NCBI GenBank assembly: GCA_964016885.1
Contig: OZ024741.1
Span: forward strand, 106,764,001 to 106,828,000
Reading direction: 5' to 3'
Origin: Eledone cirrhosa
Taxonomy: Eukaryota
DNA length: 64,000 bases
This document shows positions 1-15,057 of the stretch, piece after piece; within the stretch, counting starts at the first letter, position 1; each line of letters opens with the position of its first letter. A program made the translations under genes and the position numbers. The notes under the pieces are model-generated. The model worked only from the letters and a program-made list of their open reading frames with translations. It was not told the origin of the DNA and made no database searches.

Positions 1-2404
1 ATGACAGACGCGATGTACGCGTTAGCCACCTCCGCTCGACCTTTCAGGGATAGCTTCCTCTCCGCCCATTTCTGGGTGAGAGAAGCCACCCTGCTCGTCA
101 CCTCGTCCCAGTTTTTGTCCGTCTGGAGGTCCGGACCGAACCAGACCCCTAGCAATTTAACCGGTCCGTCCGTCCAGCGTCCGACGACGCTGTTGGACGG
201 CATGGACCTGCCTCTCCAGGTGCCGAGCTGCAGGCCCACTGACTTTTCCTGGTTGATCATTGCTCCTGTCACCGCTTCGTATTCTCTTAGTGTAGTGCCG
301 ATCGCCTCGATGTGTTTGGCGTTCGACACCACTACGGTGACATCGTCCGCATATGCTGACACGGATCTTCCGCATTCTAGTTCGCGCGGGACTCCCCTCA
401 ACGTCTCCAGTTTGTGCAGTAATGGCTCGAGAGTCAATACGTACAAGAGGGACGAGAGGGGACATCCTTGGCGGACCAAGCGCATGATGTTGAACGGTTC
501 TGACAGGTGACCGTTCACTCTCACCACAGAGCAGATATCGCTGTGCATGGCAGCGATCCAGCCTCTGAAGACGGGCCCAAAGCCAGCCGCCCTCAGGACT
601 GCCGCTAGGTAACGATGGTCGACCCTATCGAAAGCTTTCGACTGATCTAAATTGATCAAGGACCCACCCGTGCCAGGTTCCCTAGCTACCCTCTCTACGA
701 TGTATCGCATGAGGTGGAGGTTGTCGTGGATGGATCTGTCGGGAATGGCGCATGTCTGCGCCTCTCCCACCAGACCACTAACGACAAGCGCCAACCTCTT
801 TGCTAGCACCTTGGCCAAAATCTTAAACTCTGTGTTTAGCAGAGTTATGGGCCGGAAATTTTCTATGTTATCCCCCTTGTTCGGATCCTTTCTCAGCAGT
901 GCCACCGCTCCTCGGCTCACAGAACTGGGAATTCTCCCGTTCTGTTGCCAGTTGCAGTAGACGTCCGCCAAGAGGCCTCCGAACAAGTCTGGCATCTTTA
1001 CGTAAAGTTCATAGGGCAGACCATCCAAACCAGGCGATTTACCCCTTGTGCAGCCAGTCATTGCCTCCCTTACTTCAGCGGCTGTTATCGGCTTTTCGCA
1101 ACACTTCGCCTCAGTGGCCGAGAGCCGCGGCAGTCCGTCGAGGTAGACACTAAAGTCCATCCCTCTACCCGGCCCACCGCTGCCCCCGAACAGCTGAGCG
1201 AAGTGTCGCTGAAAAGCTTCACACATTTGCCCGGGATCGAGTAGCATGCGCCCGTCGTGGTCCACCAAAGACCGGATCGTGGCTTTGTTGCCACGACGCG
1301 CCTCCGCCACTCGGGCCCATTGAACGGCTTTCGTCCCCTCGTGTCTGAGAGCACGCACCCTTGCTCTGACAACGCAGCCTTCGTGCTTTGCATTGAAGAA
1401 TTGGTCAAGGGCCAATTTCGCCGCAAGCACGTCGGTCGCAATGCCTTTGCTAAGCGCCTCGTCTAATTTTCTAACTAGTTCTCCCTCTGCTCTATTTTTC
1501 TCTATTGCTAAAGCCTTACTAAACCTAATCGATTCTATTCTAATCGCTCTATTCAGAGCAAACCACCACTTGTTGTTGACGATGGCCCCCGTCAACGCCC
1601 GCTTAACTAGTTCGCTAATCCGGTCTCTGTAGGCCTTGCGCGCTGGTAAGGACGCGTTTAGCTTCCAGTAGCCGGGTCCTCGTCTATGAAGCCTATCTAA
1701 GTCAAGCACACAGATCACGAATTTGTGGTCCGTGTAGCTGACTATCTTGAATTGTGGACAGCCTATGCTAGAGCTATCTATTTCCCTACAAAATACTCTA
1801 TCTAGATATGATCTGGATGACCCTATGCGGTTTGTCCAAGTCCACATTGGCACATTCGGGAAATCCAATCGGTACCTGTCAGACAGTTCAAAACGCCTGA
1901 GCAGGTTGGTGAGGCTCTTGCACCCTCCACCCCTATCCGCTAATCCCACACAGTCCCACGTGCATCTAAGATCCCGTTCCAGTCGCCCACTAACACTAAA
2001 GAGCGGGATGTTCCAAGAAAGGTCTCCAGACGCCGGAAGAAATCAGGCCGCCCTGCTCCTGTCGGGGCATAGACGGCCACTAGCCTGAAAGCTTGCCCGT
2101 CTCCGCTGGTCACGTCCAGCACCACCAGCTTACCCTCTGGGTCCAGGAAGATGGCCCGTATGGCGAGATCCAAACTTCTCCGAAAAAGCACAGCAACTCC
2201 TCCACCAGATCCAGGACGGCTGGGAGATGCGTACACATTGTAGCCGCCGAAGATCGGTGCGAAGGCCCGTGCTTCGGAGATTCTGGTCTCGCTGATGGCC
2301 ACTACATCTATGTTTAGTGACCTGAGGTCGTTGAGCAGGTGACCCTGCTTCCATGACGACCCCAAGCCACGCGCATTTATGCTGCCTATTCTGAGTGAGG
2401 TCAT
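1..2404 (-). pseudogene. LINE ORF2: apurinic-like endonuclease plus reverse transcriptase, with frameshifts
   Basis: APE: MTSLRIGSINARGL, AISETR, LVGDWN, YLDRVF, TDHKFV. RT: NFRPITLLNTEFKILAK, LDQSKAFDRVDH, VRQGCPLS, AYADDVTV. Frame breaks near 1950 and about 1000-1100. Confidence 0.92.
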
Positions 2405-2439
2405 GTTTAAAATAGAGTGGAAAAGATGGGAAAGACCAC

Positions 2440-4334
2440 TTACCGTACTTTTGGTAGAGGAGGGATGGTTTTTACATCCCTTTTCACTTGATCGTCTGGT
2501 GAAGGGACCGTTGAATCGTCCCTTCGGCTGGTCGTCGGCTCTTCTAAGAGAATGTCTGAGTATACTCTTCGATTGATGGTTCCTCCTAGGTCCCTGAAAT
2601 CACCAACTGCGTTGGGGAATTTCGTTTTAATGTTTGTGTATTGTTTCTGTGCTATTTTTAGCAGTCTTATGTTAGTTGGCGTTTTGATTGGTGCTGGTAT
2701 TATGTAGTCCTGTTGTGAAATGTCTGTGTGTTCAATTATGTAAGTCATTAGTTTCTTGTTGTGTGTATTTATTGCCGTGCATTTGTTTTTCTAGGGGTGG
2801 GGTGTGGTTCTGCTATTTTCTTGTCGTTGTTGCTGGGTGTGTGTGTTTTGTTGTTGTGTTTGCGATGTTGGTGCTTGTGGTGGTGGTGTTGAAGGTGTTG
2901 TTGGCGGTGGGGTTGTCGCCGGTGGTGATGGTGGTGCTAGTGTGGGTGGTGATGGTGTTGGTGTTGTTGCTGCTGTGGGTCTCTTTGCAGTAGACTTTAC
3001 CCTTTTCTCATTTCTTTCCTCCCTTTTCAAAGGCGACGATGCGCTGCTTCTGCGTTTGTGCCTTCTTACGACCTTTTGCCATCCCTCTCCCACCTCACAC
3101 TCCATGTCTGATTCTGTGAGGTCGGGGAGGGGTACCAGCTCCACTCTTTCACTTGTTGTTGTTGGTGATGTTTGCACTGGAGTCTCTGTTGCAGCTGCAT
3201 TTGGTATTGCTGTTGTTGTTGTTAATATTTCCACTGCTGCTGCTGTTTTTGATTTCCGTGGAGTGGGTATGGGTGCCACGGGCCTATCGTTCCTGGTTGC
3301 CGCTTGTCCTGTTGCTGGTAGCCGTGGAGCCGGATTCGGAAGGAGGGGGGTTTTCTCCTTTCTCAGGGTCTTCTCGTTGCAGAAGGCCCTGAGGTGAGTC
3401 TTCTATCCACAGCGAAAGCATTTCGGGCGTTTGCCCTCAACACTTATGGGCAGTTGAGTGCCGTTATCGAAGTCTATCACATCTGGGATAGCTTCGATGC
3501 ACTCCTGGTTGGTTTGGATTAGCATCTCAATGGAGGTGCCGACCCAATCTTCTCTTACTTTTTTCTGTACTTGCAGTACAGTTGTTTTGTCCTCGATTCC
3601 GACGAGGACAGACGCGGCCAGCCAAGAAGGGGTCATTCCGGGGGGGGACGTGGGTCAGTTTGACCCTCACAATTTTTTGCCCGCAGTAGGAGGGCACCAA
3701 CACCATTTCCTCGCTCCTTAGGGTCACTACTGATTGGGCCTTTGCCTCCTGGGGTGTGGCAAAAAGTACGTCTACGGTGGCATATTTTTTGCCTCGGGTG
3801 ATGTGCGTTTTCCGCTGCCACACAGACCCCAAGGCTTTTTGCAAATGAGATTGGTTTTTCTCTGCTGTTGTTGTTGTCGTCAGAGCTGCTGGTACTTTTG
3901 TTGTTGCTGCAGGTACTACGACTACTGCCTCCGCCGCTGTTGCTGTGGTTGTTGTTGGTGTTGCTGCTGCTAATGCTGTTGTTGTTTATGCTGCTGGTGA
4001 TGCTGTTGCGGCTGCTACTGTTGTTTTCATTGTCACTGTTGCTGTTGTTATTACGGCTGCTACTGCTATTATTCCTGACGTCAGACGAATGAACTGGGTT
4101 TTCGTATTTCCCGCACACCTGTTTCCTCGCTGTCGTCGTCGTCGTGGAGAAACCTTGCACGCTTTGCACGAGACTTTTCTTTTCTTTCGTCACTTGCGAA
4201 AGAGAAGGGAGGGAGAGAGACACATTTAAAGAAGGGAGGGAGAGAGACAATCTTCTCTCTGCTGTAGTGATGATTGAGGAAGAAGAAGACGGAATGAGTG
4301 GGAGTGACGTATGAAATTTCTTTTTCGTAGCCAT
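2440..4334 (-). pseudogene. LINE ORF1 (gag-like, zinc knuckle), split by frameshifts and stops
   Basis: Overlapping ORF pieces 3633-4334, 3527-3844, 3403-3636, 2791-3279 and 2440-2748. The knuckle reads C-FR-C-G*KT-H-LRAF-C (CX2CX4HX4C with an in-frame TAG) at about 3379-3420. Confidence 0.75.
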
Positions 4335-4644
4335 GTTGTTTTTTGTTTAAAATGAAATTTTGGGTACAAAACCCCAATAACTGGTTATTTAACCTCGAAG
4401 GGCCAAATAACGGACAGAAAGACCCCTCTCACGAGGAGGAGGGTGTCTTTATCAACAATTTGGTTCAAGTTTTAAACAATTTACAATTGTTTTAATGGTT
4501 AAACATTACTATACCTTACAGAGCCGAGCCTCCGTCAACCATGGCATTCAATAATAATAATAATAATAATAATAAATTTGAAGACTAAAATCCAAAGAGG
4601 GCTCGATAAGGATAAATATATATCAAATAAATAAGAACCGTAGA

Positions 4645-4692
<48 letters not shown>

Positions 4693-4716
4693 GTATATAT
4701 ATATATATATATATAT

Positions 4717-5185
4717 AGTTTTAATATAGAAGAGCTTCTACAGGACTAGAACTGTTTCATTCGTGAGAAATCATTAGGAAGCTTCCTGATAATTTCTCAC
4801 GAATGAAACAGTTCTTGTCCTGTAGAAGCTCTTCTATATTAAAACTTTTATACTCTGCTATCTTCGTTTTTTCCGGCCATTGCCAGAGAACGTCTCTATG
4901 AACCACCTAATAGAATATTAGTCTACGACTTCTTTTATACCATAAACGTGGTTTTGTCTTTGCGTGTAATTGTTTTTCACCGCTCCAAATAATGACGTTT
5001 TATCTTCGTTTTTTCCCGTTCTTTGTTAGGGAACGTTTCCACGAACCAAAGTATCTTCTTCCTGTCGTCCTCCGGTTGCAACGTTTTTTTAAATATTCAC
5101 TTCTGCGTTCACAGATTGACTTTGTTAGTTTCAGAAGATCCAGTTAAGGGTGAAAGCAGCGATTCTTTACTTAAACTTTAATCTG
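4717..5185. mobile_element. PLE-derived fold-back insertion between (TA)n tracts: 130-bp hairpin 4717-4846 plus tail; degenerate hammerhead in each arm
   Basis: Near-perfect palindrome centred on GGAAGCTTCC. Plus arm reads agcttc-CTGATAA-tttctcacgaat-GAAA-cag...ctg-TA-gaagct; the minus arm core is CTAATGA. Confidence 0.7.
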
Positions 5186-5205
5186 TATATATATATATAT
5201 ATATT

Positions 5206-5615
<410 letters not shown>

Positions 5616-5686
5616 TATATATATATATATTAATATATATATACAATATATAAACAAATGGAAACTATATTTTTGAAACCATATTT

Positions 5687-5750
5687 ATTTTATTATACAT
5701 ATTTCAAGGGCCACCAAGGCAGACTATGGTGCGCTTTCATCAGATAAAAT
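5687..5750 (-). ncRNA. Type I hammerhead ribozyme inside inverted-repeat element ~5640-5960
   Basis: attttat-CTGATGA-aagcgcacca...tggtggccctt-GAAA-tatgta-TA-ataaaat; 7-bp stem I, then AATAAA. Confidence 0.8.
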
Positions 5751-5967
5751 ACAATACAGATTAGTTTTATAAATAAATATTGACATACCCTGAAAAAAAT
5801 GCAACCTTAACGGTTGGAGCTTCCTGGATATGGTTTTATAAATATAGTTTCCATTTGTTAATATATTGTATATTTACTCCAATAATTTGTTGAGTGCTTT
5901 ATATTAGTTATAAAAATATTTTAGCTTGTTGGATCCCAACAAATTAAATATAACCTCTGCATATATA

Positions 5968-6078
<111 letters not shown>

Positions 6079-6157
6079 ACAATATAAAATAATTTCAAAC
6101 TATATATTGAGATATATCAATTAAATATATATATGTCAATATATTGTTTGAAATTAA

Positions 6158-6708
<551 letters not shown>

Positions 6709-6725
6709 TATATATATATATACAC

Positions 6726-6860
<135 letters not shown>

Positions 6861-8903
6861 TATTTTTGTATTTGTTTTTCAAGATTCCTGACGTGGAAAC
6901 GTGTTTGGAAACAGATTTGCCATTTAATAATAAAAAAAAAACCGGTTACTAAACTTACCGATGAATGGATTAGTTACTCAACTAATAATAAACTGAAGTG
7001 AAACTTGACTGGTGCGTGTGTTCTTATTGGCAGTATAACCCCCTCTCTCTCTATATATATGTATATGTATATACATACATACAGACAGACATACATACAT
7101 ATATATATATATAATGTGTGTGAGTGCGCACGCACATGCGTGGGATCATGATTATATGCACAAGTTTTCTTTCATACTCCTTTTAGCGAAAATTTAGAAA
7201 GAATGTGAATTTAGTAAAAAAAAAACAAAAAAAAAAACGAAAATAAACCAAGTCGAGGGGGCAACAAACAAGAAAATGGAATTGTTGTGTCAGATAAAAA
7301 CCTTGTGCAACATTTGTGATTGTGGGTATTTGGTAAGAGAGGGGACGAAATAAGAATCATTTGATTTATATGATCGAATACCGAAAAAGAATTTAGGAAA
7401 ACAAAATACAAACGAGAAGAAACAAGAAACTCGTTTACTCAATGTAAACTAGATAGCAAAAATGATAGGGAACTAGTAGGAAGGAGGGTTAATTTAACAT
7501 AAGATACTACGAAATGGCATTGCAATGCAAGTGTTTAAATTGCAGGACAATAGAGATTCTTATACTTCTACATTATCTAAACAAGATGTATTTTCTTCTC
7601 ATGAAAGCAACATATCTGACTTGTGGTATAGCCGTATGTTTGTTATAATGGTTACCATTGGTATTGTTGTTGTTTATCTTTAAATATATTTTCTTGTGGT
7701 TCTTTTTTTAAATATTTTTGTCGGTTCGTTTATTTGTTTGTTTGTTTTCATTTGTTTTTGATATTGTTATTATTTTTTAACTCGGCCTCACTCTCCTATC
7801 AAGGGAGGCACACCAGTTTTTGATTTATCACATTCCAAAGAATTCCTTGTCCCAAATGTCAAGACAAAAATGTTATTGGCAATTGCAATTTACCTCGAAG
7901 GTATTGTAAAAACAAATGGCGTTTATTTTATTATTATTTGCTTTATATTTTCGTATTTTATTTATTCATTTATATATTATCATTATTATCTGTTTAGTTT
8001 CCTAGTGTGTTTTTGCTGCTGTTTTTGTTGTTGATAGTGTCGTCGTTTCCGGCTTTTCTTTTTATTGTTGTTTCACTTGTCCTTTCACTGCTCTTCTGCG
8101 GACTTACCATTTTTTCCAAATACACTATTGATGCTTTACTTATTTAACTATCGTCTGCTTTATCCATTTTAGTTCTTATTGTATTTCATCTTTGTTGTTT
8201 TTAGTTTTCCTTTCTATCAGTCTCTTCTCATCATTCATGTAGTAAATGTCCTTCCCCGCAAACCAAGATAAGGAGAAAAAGAAAAAACAATAAAACTAAC
8301 AAAAATAAATGCAAATAAGGACCTGGTTGAAGTAAAACATTATACTTAGAATCTTTGGTGACTTTAGAAGTAAATATGAAAACAACAAATATCTATGAAT
8401 TTGCCAAAATCATCAATTATGGAGATCATATATGGAGGAGAGAGTAATATTCATAAGAATGAATCAAAAGACAAAATGAATAAATAAGATAAAATAAAAC
8501 ATATTAGTGGAAGGAAAACATATTCAAAACCGCCATTTATGGTAGCTGAATAGTTGTATATTCTTCAAGATGTATATATGAGAAGATATCGTGTGTGTCA
8601 TATCTTCCAGAGTATTATAAAGATAGATAGATGTTATATAACTTTCTAATGTACCTCTATTCAAAATTAATACTCAAATAAATATAATTCCACTAAGACA
8701 CAATCTTATTTTTTGTAAATTTATTCTTTTACTGGTTTCAGGCATTTGACTATGGCCATGCTGGAATACTGCCTTCAGTGGTTTAGGTTGATGACATTCA
8801 CCCAAGAACAAATGTTTAAGTTTGTGACTTATCTCATTGATCACTATTTGCCGAAAATAACACCGGTTGATCGGTGTAGAGTTAAACAAAGACATAAACA
8901 CCC

Positions 8904-8945
<42 letters not shown>

Positions 8946-8993
8946 AAAAAATTGGAGTCTTATTTAAAAAAATATATATATATTTATTTGGTT

Positions 8994-9030
8994 CCTTTAC
9001 CGGTTTCGCAGTTCTTCTGCTTTTCAAAGG
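8994..9030 (-). ncRNA. Minimal hammerhead-like motif, U3-A8 variant (related copy ~16375-16410)
   Basis: cct-TTGAAAA-gcag-aagaa-ctgc-GAAA-ccgg-TA-aagg; stem I needs a 1-nt bulge. Confidence 0.5.
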
Positions 9031-9096
9031 TAGAGTTGAGATGGAGGGTCTGTGGTTTTTCTCACACACACATATATGTATATATGTGAGAAAAAC

Positions 9097-9145
<49 letters not shown>

Positions 9146-9256
9146 CTCCAGTTCCCCAGTGAATTAACAACCCAACAAGGAACTGGGCATATCAGAGTAT
9201 TGACAATATCATACACCTAAACAACATATGTACTTGTCTATACCATACTAATTCAA

Positions 9257-9311
9257 ACTGCCTGAAGAGGTCACAGCCAAAGATGGCTGTCACTGAAATA
9301 TATATAGCAGT
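9257..9311 (+). ncRNA. Type I hammerhead ribozyme in PLE 3'-end fragment (~9144-9455)
   Basis: actgc-CTGAAGA-ggtcacagcca-aaga-tggctgtcact-GAAA-tatata-TA-gcagt, then AATAAA. Homologous to 49162-49213. Confidence 0.88.
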
Positions 9312-9686
9312 AATAAACGAAGCTAAATTTTAATCATTTGACTTTTATTTAACTTTATTTTACACTACTCCGGAGTAACCAAACCAACCTGCGCACTTCG
9401 TCGAGTGCTCCAGCCTGCATACTGAGGTGTTGGTATACAACCAACATAAACTCAATATATATATATATATATATCATGTTTTATCATGAGTTAAGGCTCT
9501 ATTGATTTTTCCCTGGATTTCTCTAAATTCTGTTGGATAAATCTATATCCTGATTCCTTTTGAATTGAGTCTGAATTATTTTTCCCATATCTTATGTTAA
9601 CTATTTTCCCATTTTGACGCTATAGTCACATATATGTTATGGAATACTGTTAGCTTCTCGCTACAACAATTTCTATACTTTTCATT

Positions 9687-9778
<92 letters not shown>

Positions 9779-9976
9779 TAGGACCGGCCTTCGTATATTT
9801 TCTGTATACAAAATTTCACCGATAAGGCATAGTAGTTGTCGGGTACCTGAAACTACGAGGTTATAAAACGAATACCTGAACCCGTAGCTATGCCTGAGAC
9901 CACACACATACATATACATACCGACACACACACACACGCACGCACGCGCGCACACACACACACACGCACGCACGCG

Positions 9977-10021
<45 letters not shown>

Positions 10022-10022
10022 A

Positions 10023-10073
<51 letters not shown>

Positions 10074-10529
10074 ACATATATATATATAATAAATATGTAT
10101 TTCTATAAATCTTACTATTCATTGAGGCGTTTGGATGAAATGTTGAAATCCAAAAACTAATTCTCTACAATGATCATAGCGTTTGAAAATTGTGCAAAAT
10201 GCACTTAGTCAGAAAATAAAGGTAACGCTCTAGGTCGAAATTCAAGAGATACAAAATTTCATTCTTTGCAATGACTGCTGGCAACGTATTTTCTGTTTCT
10301 AAGGGTATTTTATCGTAATTTTTAATGCTAAGTTAGAAATTTAGGTGAATGGCTTCATGACGTCTTAAACAACGTATGATATCTGAATGGGTGTATATTC
10401 TTCAAGGTGTATATGTGAGAAGATATCGTGTGTGTCATATCAACTGGGGGTATTATAAAGATTCATTTACCGAAAGTTGAAAACAAAATTTGTTTTCGCT
10501 CTAACATGGTGGATACCTAAATCTATTCG

Positions 10530-10945
10530 TGAATGAATAATAATAATATTATAATAATATTAACAACATTTGCAAGCAAACAGCCTTATATACACCACCT
10601 GTGTTTTCTAGATGACTGATATCATCATTTTGTTCCAGTGGTAATAGAGAGAAAATAGTCGATAATTGTTTCGAAGTTATTGCCCCTTATCAAGACTATA
10701 TTCTCTCGTAACTGCTACTCGATGGAGCCGCTGAGAATACATAGTATTTCTCAAATGTATACGGTTGATTAGCCTAATTTGCATACCGAGCGATTTTACG
10801 GCCGGCTTTGCTGGAAATTAATATCACTTAGGTATCTACATGTTAGAACGAAATCAAATTTTGTGTTTAACACACAGTGTTATGAGGCAGTTTGCTTGTA
10901 AACGAACCGAATATTAATAATATTATTAATATTCACTCACTAATA
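10530..10945. mobile_element. Inverted-repeat element with minus-strand hammerhead (10655-10699); related to 50520-50785
   Basis: Terminal inverted arms. Motif atagtc-TTGATAA-gggg-caataa-cttc-GAAA-caatta-TC-gactat, with extended stem I gagagaa/ttctctc. Shared segment gcctaatttgcata. Confidence 0.6.
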
Positions 10946-11284
10946 CATACATATATAGATACAGTGGAGGACTGGCCAGGTTGTAGCTTGCCTGATGGCA
11001 AGTGGGCTACTCGTGAGCCCACAGTAATATTTTAAGGGCCAATACAAAAACGTTGCTTTCAAAGAAAATATCAGAAGTCCGAAAGAAAGAATAAAAGTTA
11101 AGAAAAAAAGCAACAAATACTACAGTTAAGCATACTAGGGTCGACATTTACCTGAGATCGAGTATAAACACCCACACCCACACCCACACGCACACACACA
11201 CACGCACGCGCACACACACACACACACACACACCCACGCACACCCACACCCACCCACACACGCACGCACACACGCACGCACGCG

Positions 11285-11369
<85 letters not shown>

Positions 11370-11381
11370 GCACGCGCACGC

Positions 11382-11464
<83 letters not shown>

Positions 11465-11509
11465 AACAATGTACGAAGCCGAATTTTCGGCTTTTGAAGC
11501 GATGAGAAT

Positions 11510-11805
11510 ATATGTAATTATATAAGTATAAAGAAAGTGCTTAAACGCAAAAATGCTGTAAAGATAGCTTTAAAAATAGGGTGAACAACCTTAAAAGACG
11601 GTAAAAGAATTTGCCAACGACCGCTATGAGGAATTGAAGACGATATTTTCCAGATAGCGGCTATAAGATATCAGGAAGATATGGAGGTCAATTCCTCATA
11701 GTGGCCGTTGGCTAATTCTTTTTCCATCTTTTAAGGGTCTTCACCCTATTTGTTTAATAAGCATTTCTGTGCTTGGACACTTTCTTTGTACTCATATAAT
11801 TTGAT
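11510..11805. repeat. Imperfect fold-back, ~130-bp inverted arms, ending at (TA)n
   Basis: cgctatgaggaattga / tcaattcctcatagtgg and aaaatagggtgaa / ttcaccctatt. Confidence 0.65.
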
Positions 11806-12099
11806 ATATATATATATCATTATTTGTTTGTAGGGAAAAATATGAAAATAAATAATATTAAAATGATAAAATAAACAAAGTTGGTATGGAAGGATATCAT
11901 ATAGATCAGGGCCATTTATATTTATTAAGCACTATTCCAAATTTCGCCACAACTTCTTTCCATAACACGGAACTGGGAAATTATAACACACATAACCTTA
12001 TCAGTGAAGCCCTTTAGTATAGGTCAACTAACAGAAAATAATATTACGGTTACGACAAGAATTCTAAATAAGCCTATAAGGTAAAAATTAAAGACAGTC

Positions 12100-12176
12100 A
12101 TCGCGGGCCACTCTAGCTGGTCTGGCTGGCCGGATTGTGGCCCGCGGGCCGCTTGTTGCATGCCCCTGGTCTAGAT
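12100..12176. mobile_element. hAT (Charlie-like) DNA transposon terminus
   Basis: ggcccgcgggccg...gttgcatgcccctg followed by GTCTAGAT, matching the Charlie-type NTCTAGAN target. Opposite end not found. Confidence 0.5.
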
Positions 12177-12452
12177 CTTTAATGAAATCGATAAATCAGG
12201 AAAGATGATAAAGTTTTCAGAGATGAATGCTTAGAATATGAATGTAAAGAATCTGGTATTTTATTTTGTCAACCCCGGAAGGATCATAGGGAGACCGGAC
12301 CAACATTTGAACTGGGGATCTATTAAGTTATGCAATGTGATTCTGAGAGTATATGGCAGAGGTGATAAATGTTTCAGTATTACCGTTATTAGAAAGTAGG
12401 CGTTACTAGAAACTAGGCTAGGGAGAGAGAGAGAGGGGAGAGAAAGATAGAT

Positions 12453-12483
<31 letters not shown>

Positions 12484-12489
12484 GAGGGG

Positions 12490-12585
<96 letters not shown>

Positions 12586-13257
12586 TTAGTCATTTGTACA
12601 GATAAAAATGAAAATGATTAAATAAATAAAAGTAAATTTTAGTCTTTTTTAATAATTGATAGAATAACCGAACCCGGTATCCAACGACGTAAAATACTCC
12701 AGCAAATCTATACGTTAGTATAAAGTAGGTAAGGCTATAAAGATTCCAAAGGTTAATATTTGAAATATTTAAACTAAAAAATGCTTGAAAATCTAAATAG
12801 GCTCGGTGGCTGAGTGGTACAACTGATAATTTTAATTGGCGAAGATTGTTCTGAGATCAATCTCCCCCACACCAGTAATAATAACTTTTATTTTTGTTTC
12901 TAGTTTTGCCAACTAGAAGAAGGTAGAATATAGAAGAAGCCCCGCTCGCTTTGGAAGCTGTAGTTAGGTGTCTGTGTCTATAGCTTCCTTCGTCTTCAGT
13001 GGGCATATATATATATATATATATATATTATCGAATAAAGAAAGCGACAGGAGGCCGGAAAGTTGAATTTCCTTTAAAGTGTTTATTCAGCAGGCATTAT
13101 ATATATATTTCAATGATCAGTAAGATTCCAATGACATCATCAGGTGAATTACATAACAGCTATAAAGGAAACTTGGTGAAGACATGGTGAACACAGGTTG
13201 TGTACACGGATACAAAAATAAAGATAAAAATACTTGGTATATATGTATCTGTGTGAA

Positions 13258-13366
<109 letters not shown>

Positions 13367-14064
13367 GTTAAGTGTGTAACAACAGTTAGAGGTGACACGT
13401 CGTGCGAAGCACTCAATGCCGTTACGATTCTACTTACACTCTCTATATATTATATTATTTATTTATGTTCATACACGGAACAAGAGCGCTACCTAAGGTT
13501 TCAAGGCCCAATATTGACCATATCTCCAGAATTTAAGAGTGATCAAAATTGTGACCTAACTCCAGGCGTTTATAAGAGTTTATAAGACACCGTTAAAAGT
13601 AATGTGTGCTGAAAACGCTAGTTTACGAAACAAGAACGCATTGTGACAAAGGGAAATAACTCCAAGATGTAAATTATAAATAGCGAAATCGTAAATGTGG
13701 AGTGTTCATGGGCTACAGCAGATGTATAATAGTATGTGGTGGTATGCAATATAGATATGTTAACATGTATTAACGTATGGAGTAGAGTAGAGTAGTATAA
13801 AAGGTGTACTGTATTATATAAGTGTGGAAAACGAAGGAGAAAGAAAAGATATTAAGAAAATATATAAATCAAATTAAGGTGGTTAAAAAGTATTCGAATT
13901 TGCTGAGTATTTCCACTTAACCAAGACGTTGTCTTTTGAGATGGAGGCATCCTCTAAAAGGATGAAAACTAAGGGCAGTTCTCTTTAATCCTACAAGAAC
14001 AGCTTGGAATAACGTCAGGTGAATTCTTTGAAGTAATTTTTGATTTCATAGACGGGACACTTGA

Positions 14065-14099
<35 letters not shown>

Positions 14100-14103
14100 A
14101 ATT

Positions 14104-14318
14104 CTGTCTTAAACCAGAAGGCTCATTGGGCCGGTGCTTATCCCGGTTTCATGGCGTGAAGTGACTGAGAGTATAAAACTCCCGCATGGACAGGACGCCA
14201 GTTCGTCGCAGCTATCGCTGAGTATACTGGAGCAAGAACACAACACGCAGCCCAGGAATTGAACCCACGACATAATGATCATAAGTCCAACACCCTCACC
14301 ACTAGGCCACGTGCCTCC
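14104..14318 (-). mobile_element. tRNA-derived SINE
   Basis: A box TGGCCTAGTGG and B box GGTTCAATTCC followed by a non-tRNA body. Confidence 0.7.
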
Positions 14319-14350
<32 letters not shown>

Positions 14351-14375
14351 CATATAAGCAAACACACACATATCT

Positions 14376-14411
<36 letters not shown>

Positions 14412-14441
14412 GTAGAGAGAGAGAGAGAGAGAGAGAGAAAT

Positions 14442-14515
<74 letters not shown>

Positions 14516-14943
14516 TGTGTGCAAGTGCTACACCCGTGTGCTGAAGCTACGCGTTCATTTTAGAATAATCCAGAAAAAACATTCGCGGCCAGGACGAATA
14601 CAGCGTGTCATCAAGAAAGTGAGGCCCTTGCCGTTATATTGGAAAGGTCTGCTCGTGACTAAGCAACAGTTCTTGACAGCTAACGTTGTCACGTGACATC
14701 CATAAGAGGAAGTATATATAAATACTAATAATAGTGAGTAAAATCGAAGTTGCAGCTGCGAAATCAATCTTCTGAGGTTGGCACGAAGCACTCAATGAGA
14801 TGATATCGATAAATCGATAAATTATATATATATATATATATATATTAGGAACGATCGACTTTCGTCAAATCGCACCGAGGAAACAATGTTTCCGTTGGTC
14901 TTTCCAATTGCTAATACTATCTATCGGTCGCAACTCCAGGTAG

Positions 14944-15057
14944 AAGGAGCAACGTGAAATAAAGTGTCTTGCTCAAGGACATAACGCATCGCCTGGTCCA
15001 GGAATCGAACTCACAACCTCACGATTGCGAATCCAATTCTTTAACCACTCAGCCACA
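14944..15057 (-). mobile_element. tRNA-derived SINE, abutting the assembly gap
   Basis: TGGCTGAGTGG ... AGTTCGATTCC, then GTCCTTGAGCAAGACACT core-like domain. Confidence 0.7.

Larger units (their letters stand above)
1..4548 (-). mobile_element. L1/Tx1-clade non-LTR retrotransposon (ORF1 + APE/RT ORF2), frameshifted; 3' part lies beyond the window start
   Basis: Minus-strand translation shows APE motifs, the GPGYWKLN linker and RT motifs. ORF1 has a CCHC knuckle. The GC-rich body ends abruptly at a (TAA)n tract at 4549. Confidence 0.92.

Noticed and set aside
12905-13150. Hammerhead-like motifs at ~12925-12995 (-) and ~13095-13148 (-); similar ones at ~9820, ~15315 and ~59935
   Set aside because: Core or stem I is too degenerate to call; possibly decayed copies.
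14104-15057. tRNA genes
   Set aside because: A/B boxes are present, but they continue into SINE bodies without a complete cloverleaf or terminator. The same applies to 12800-12875.
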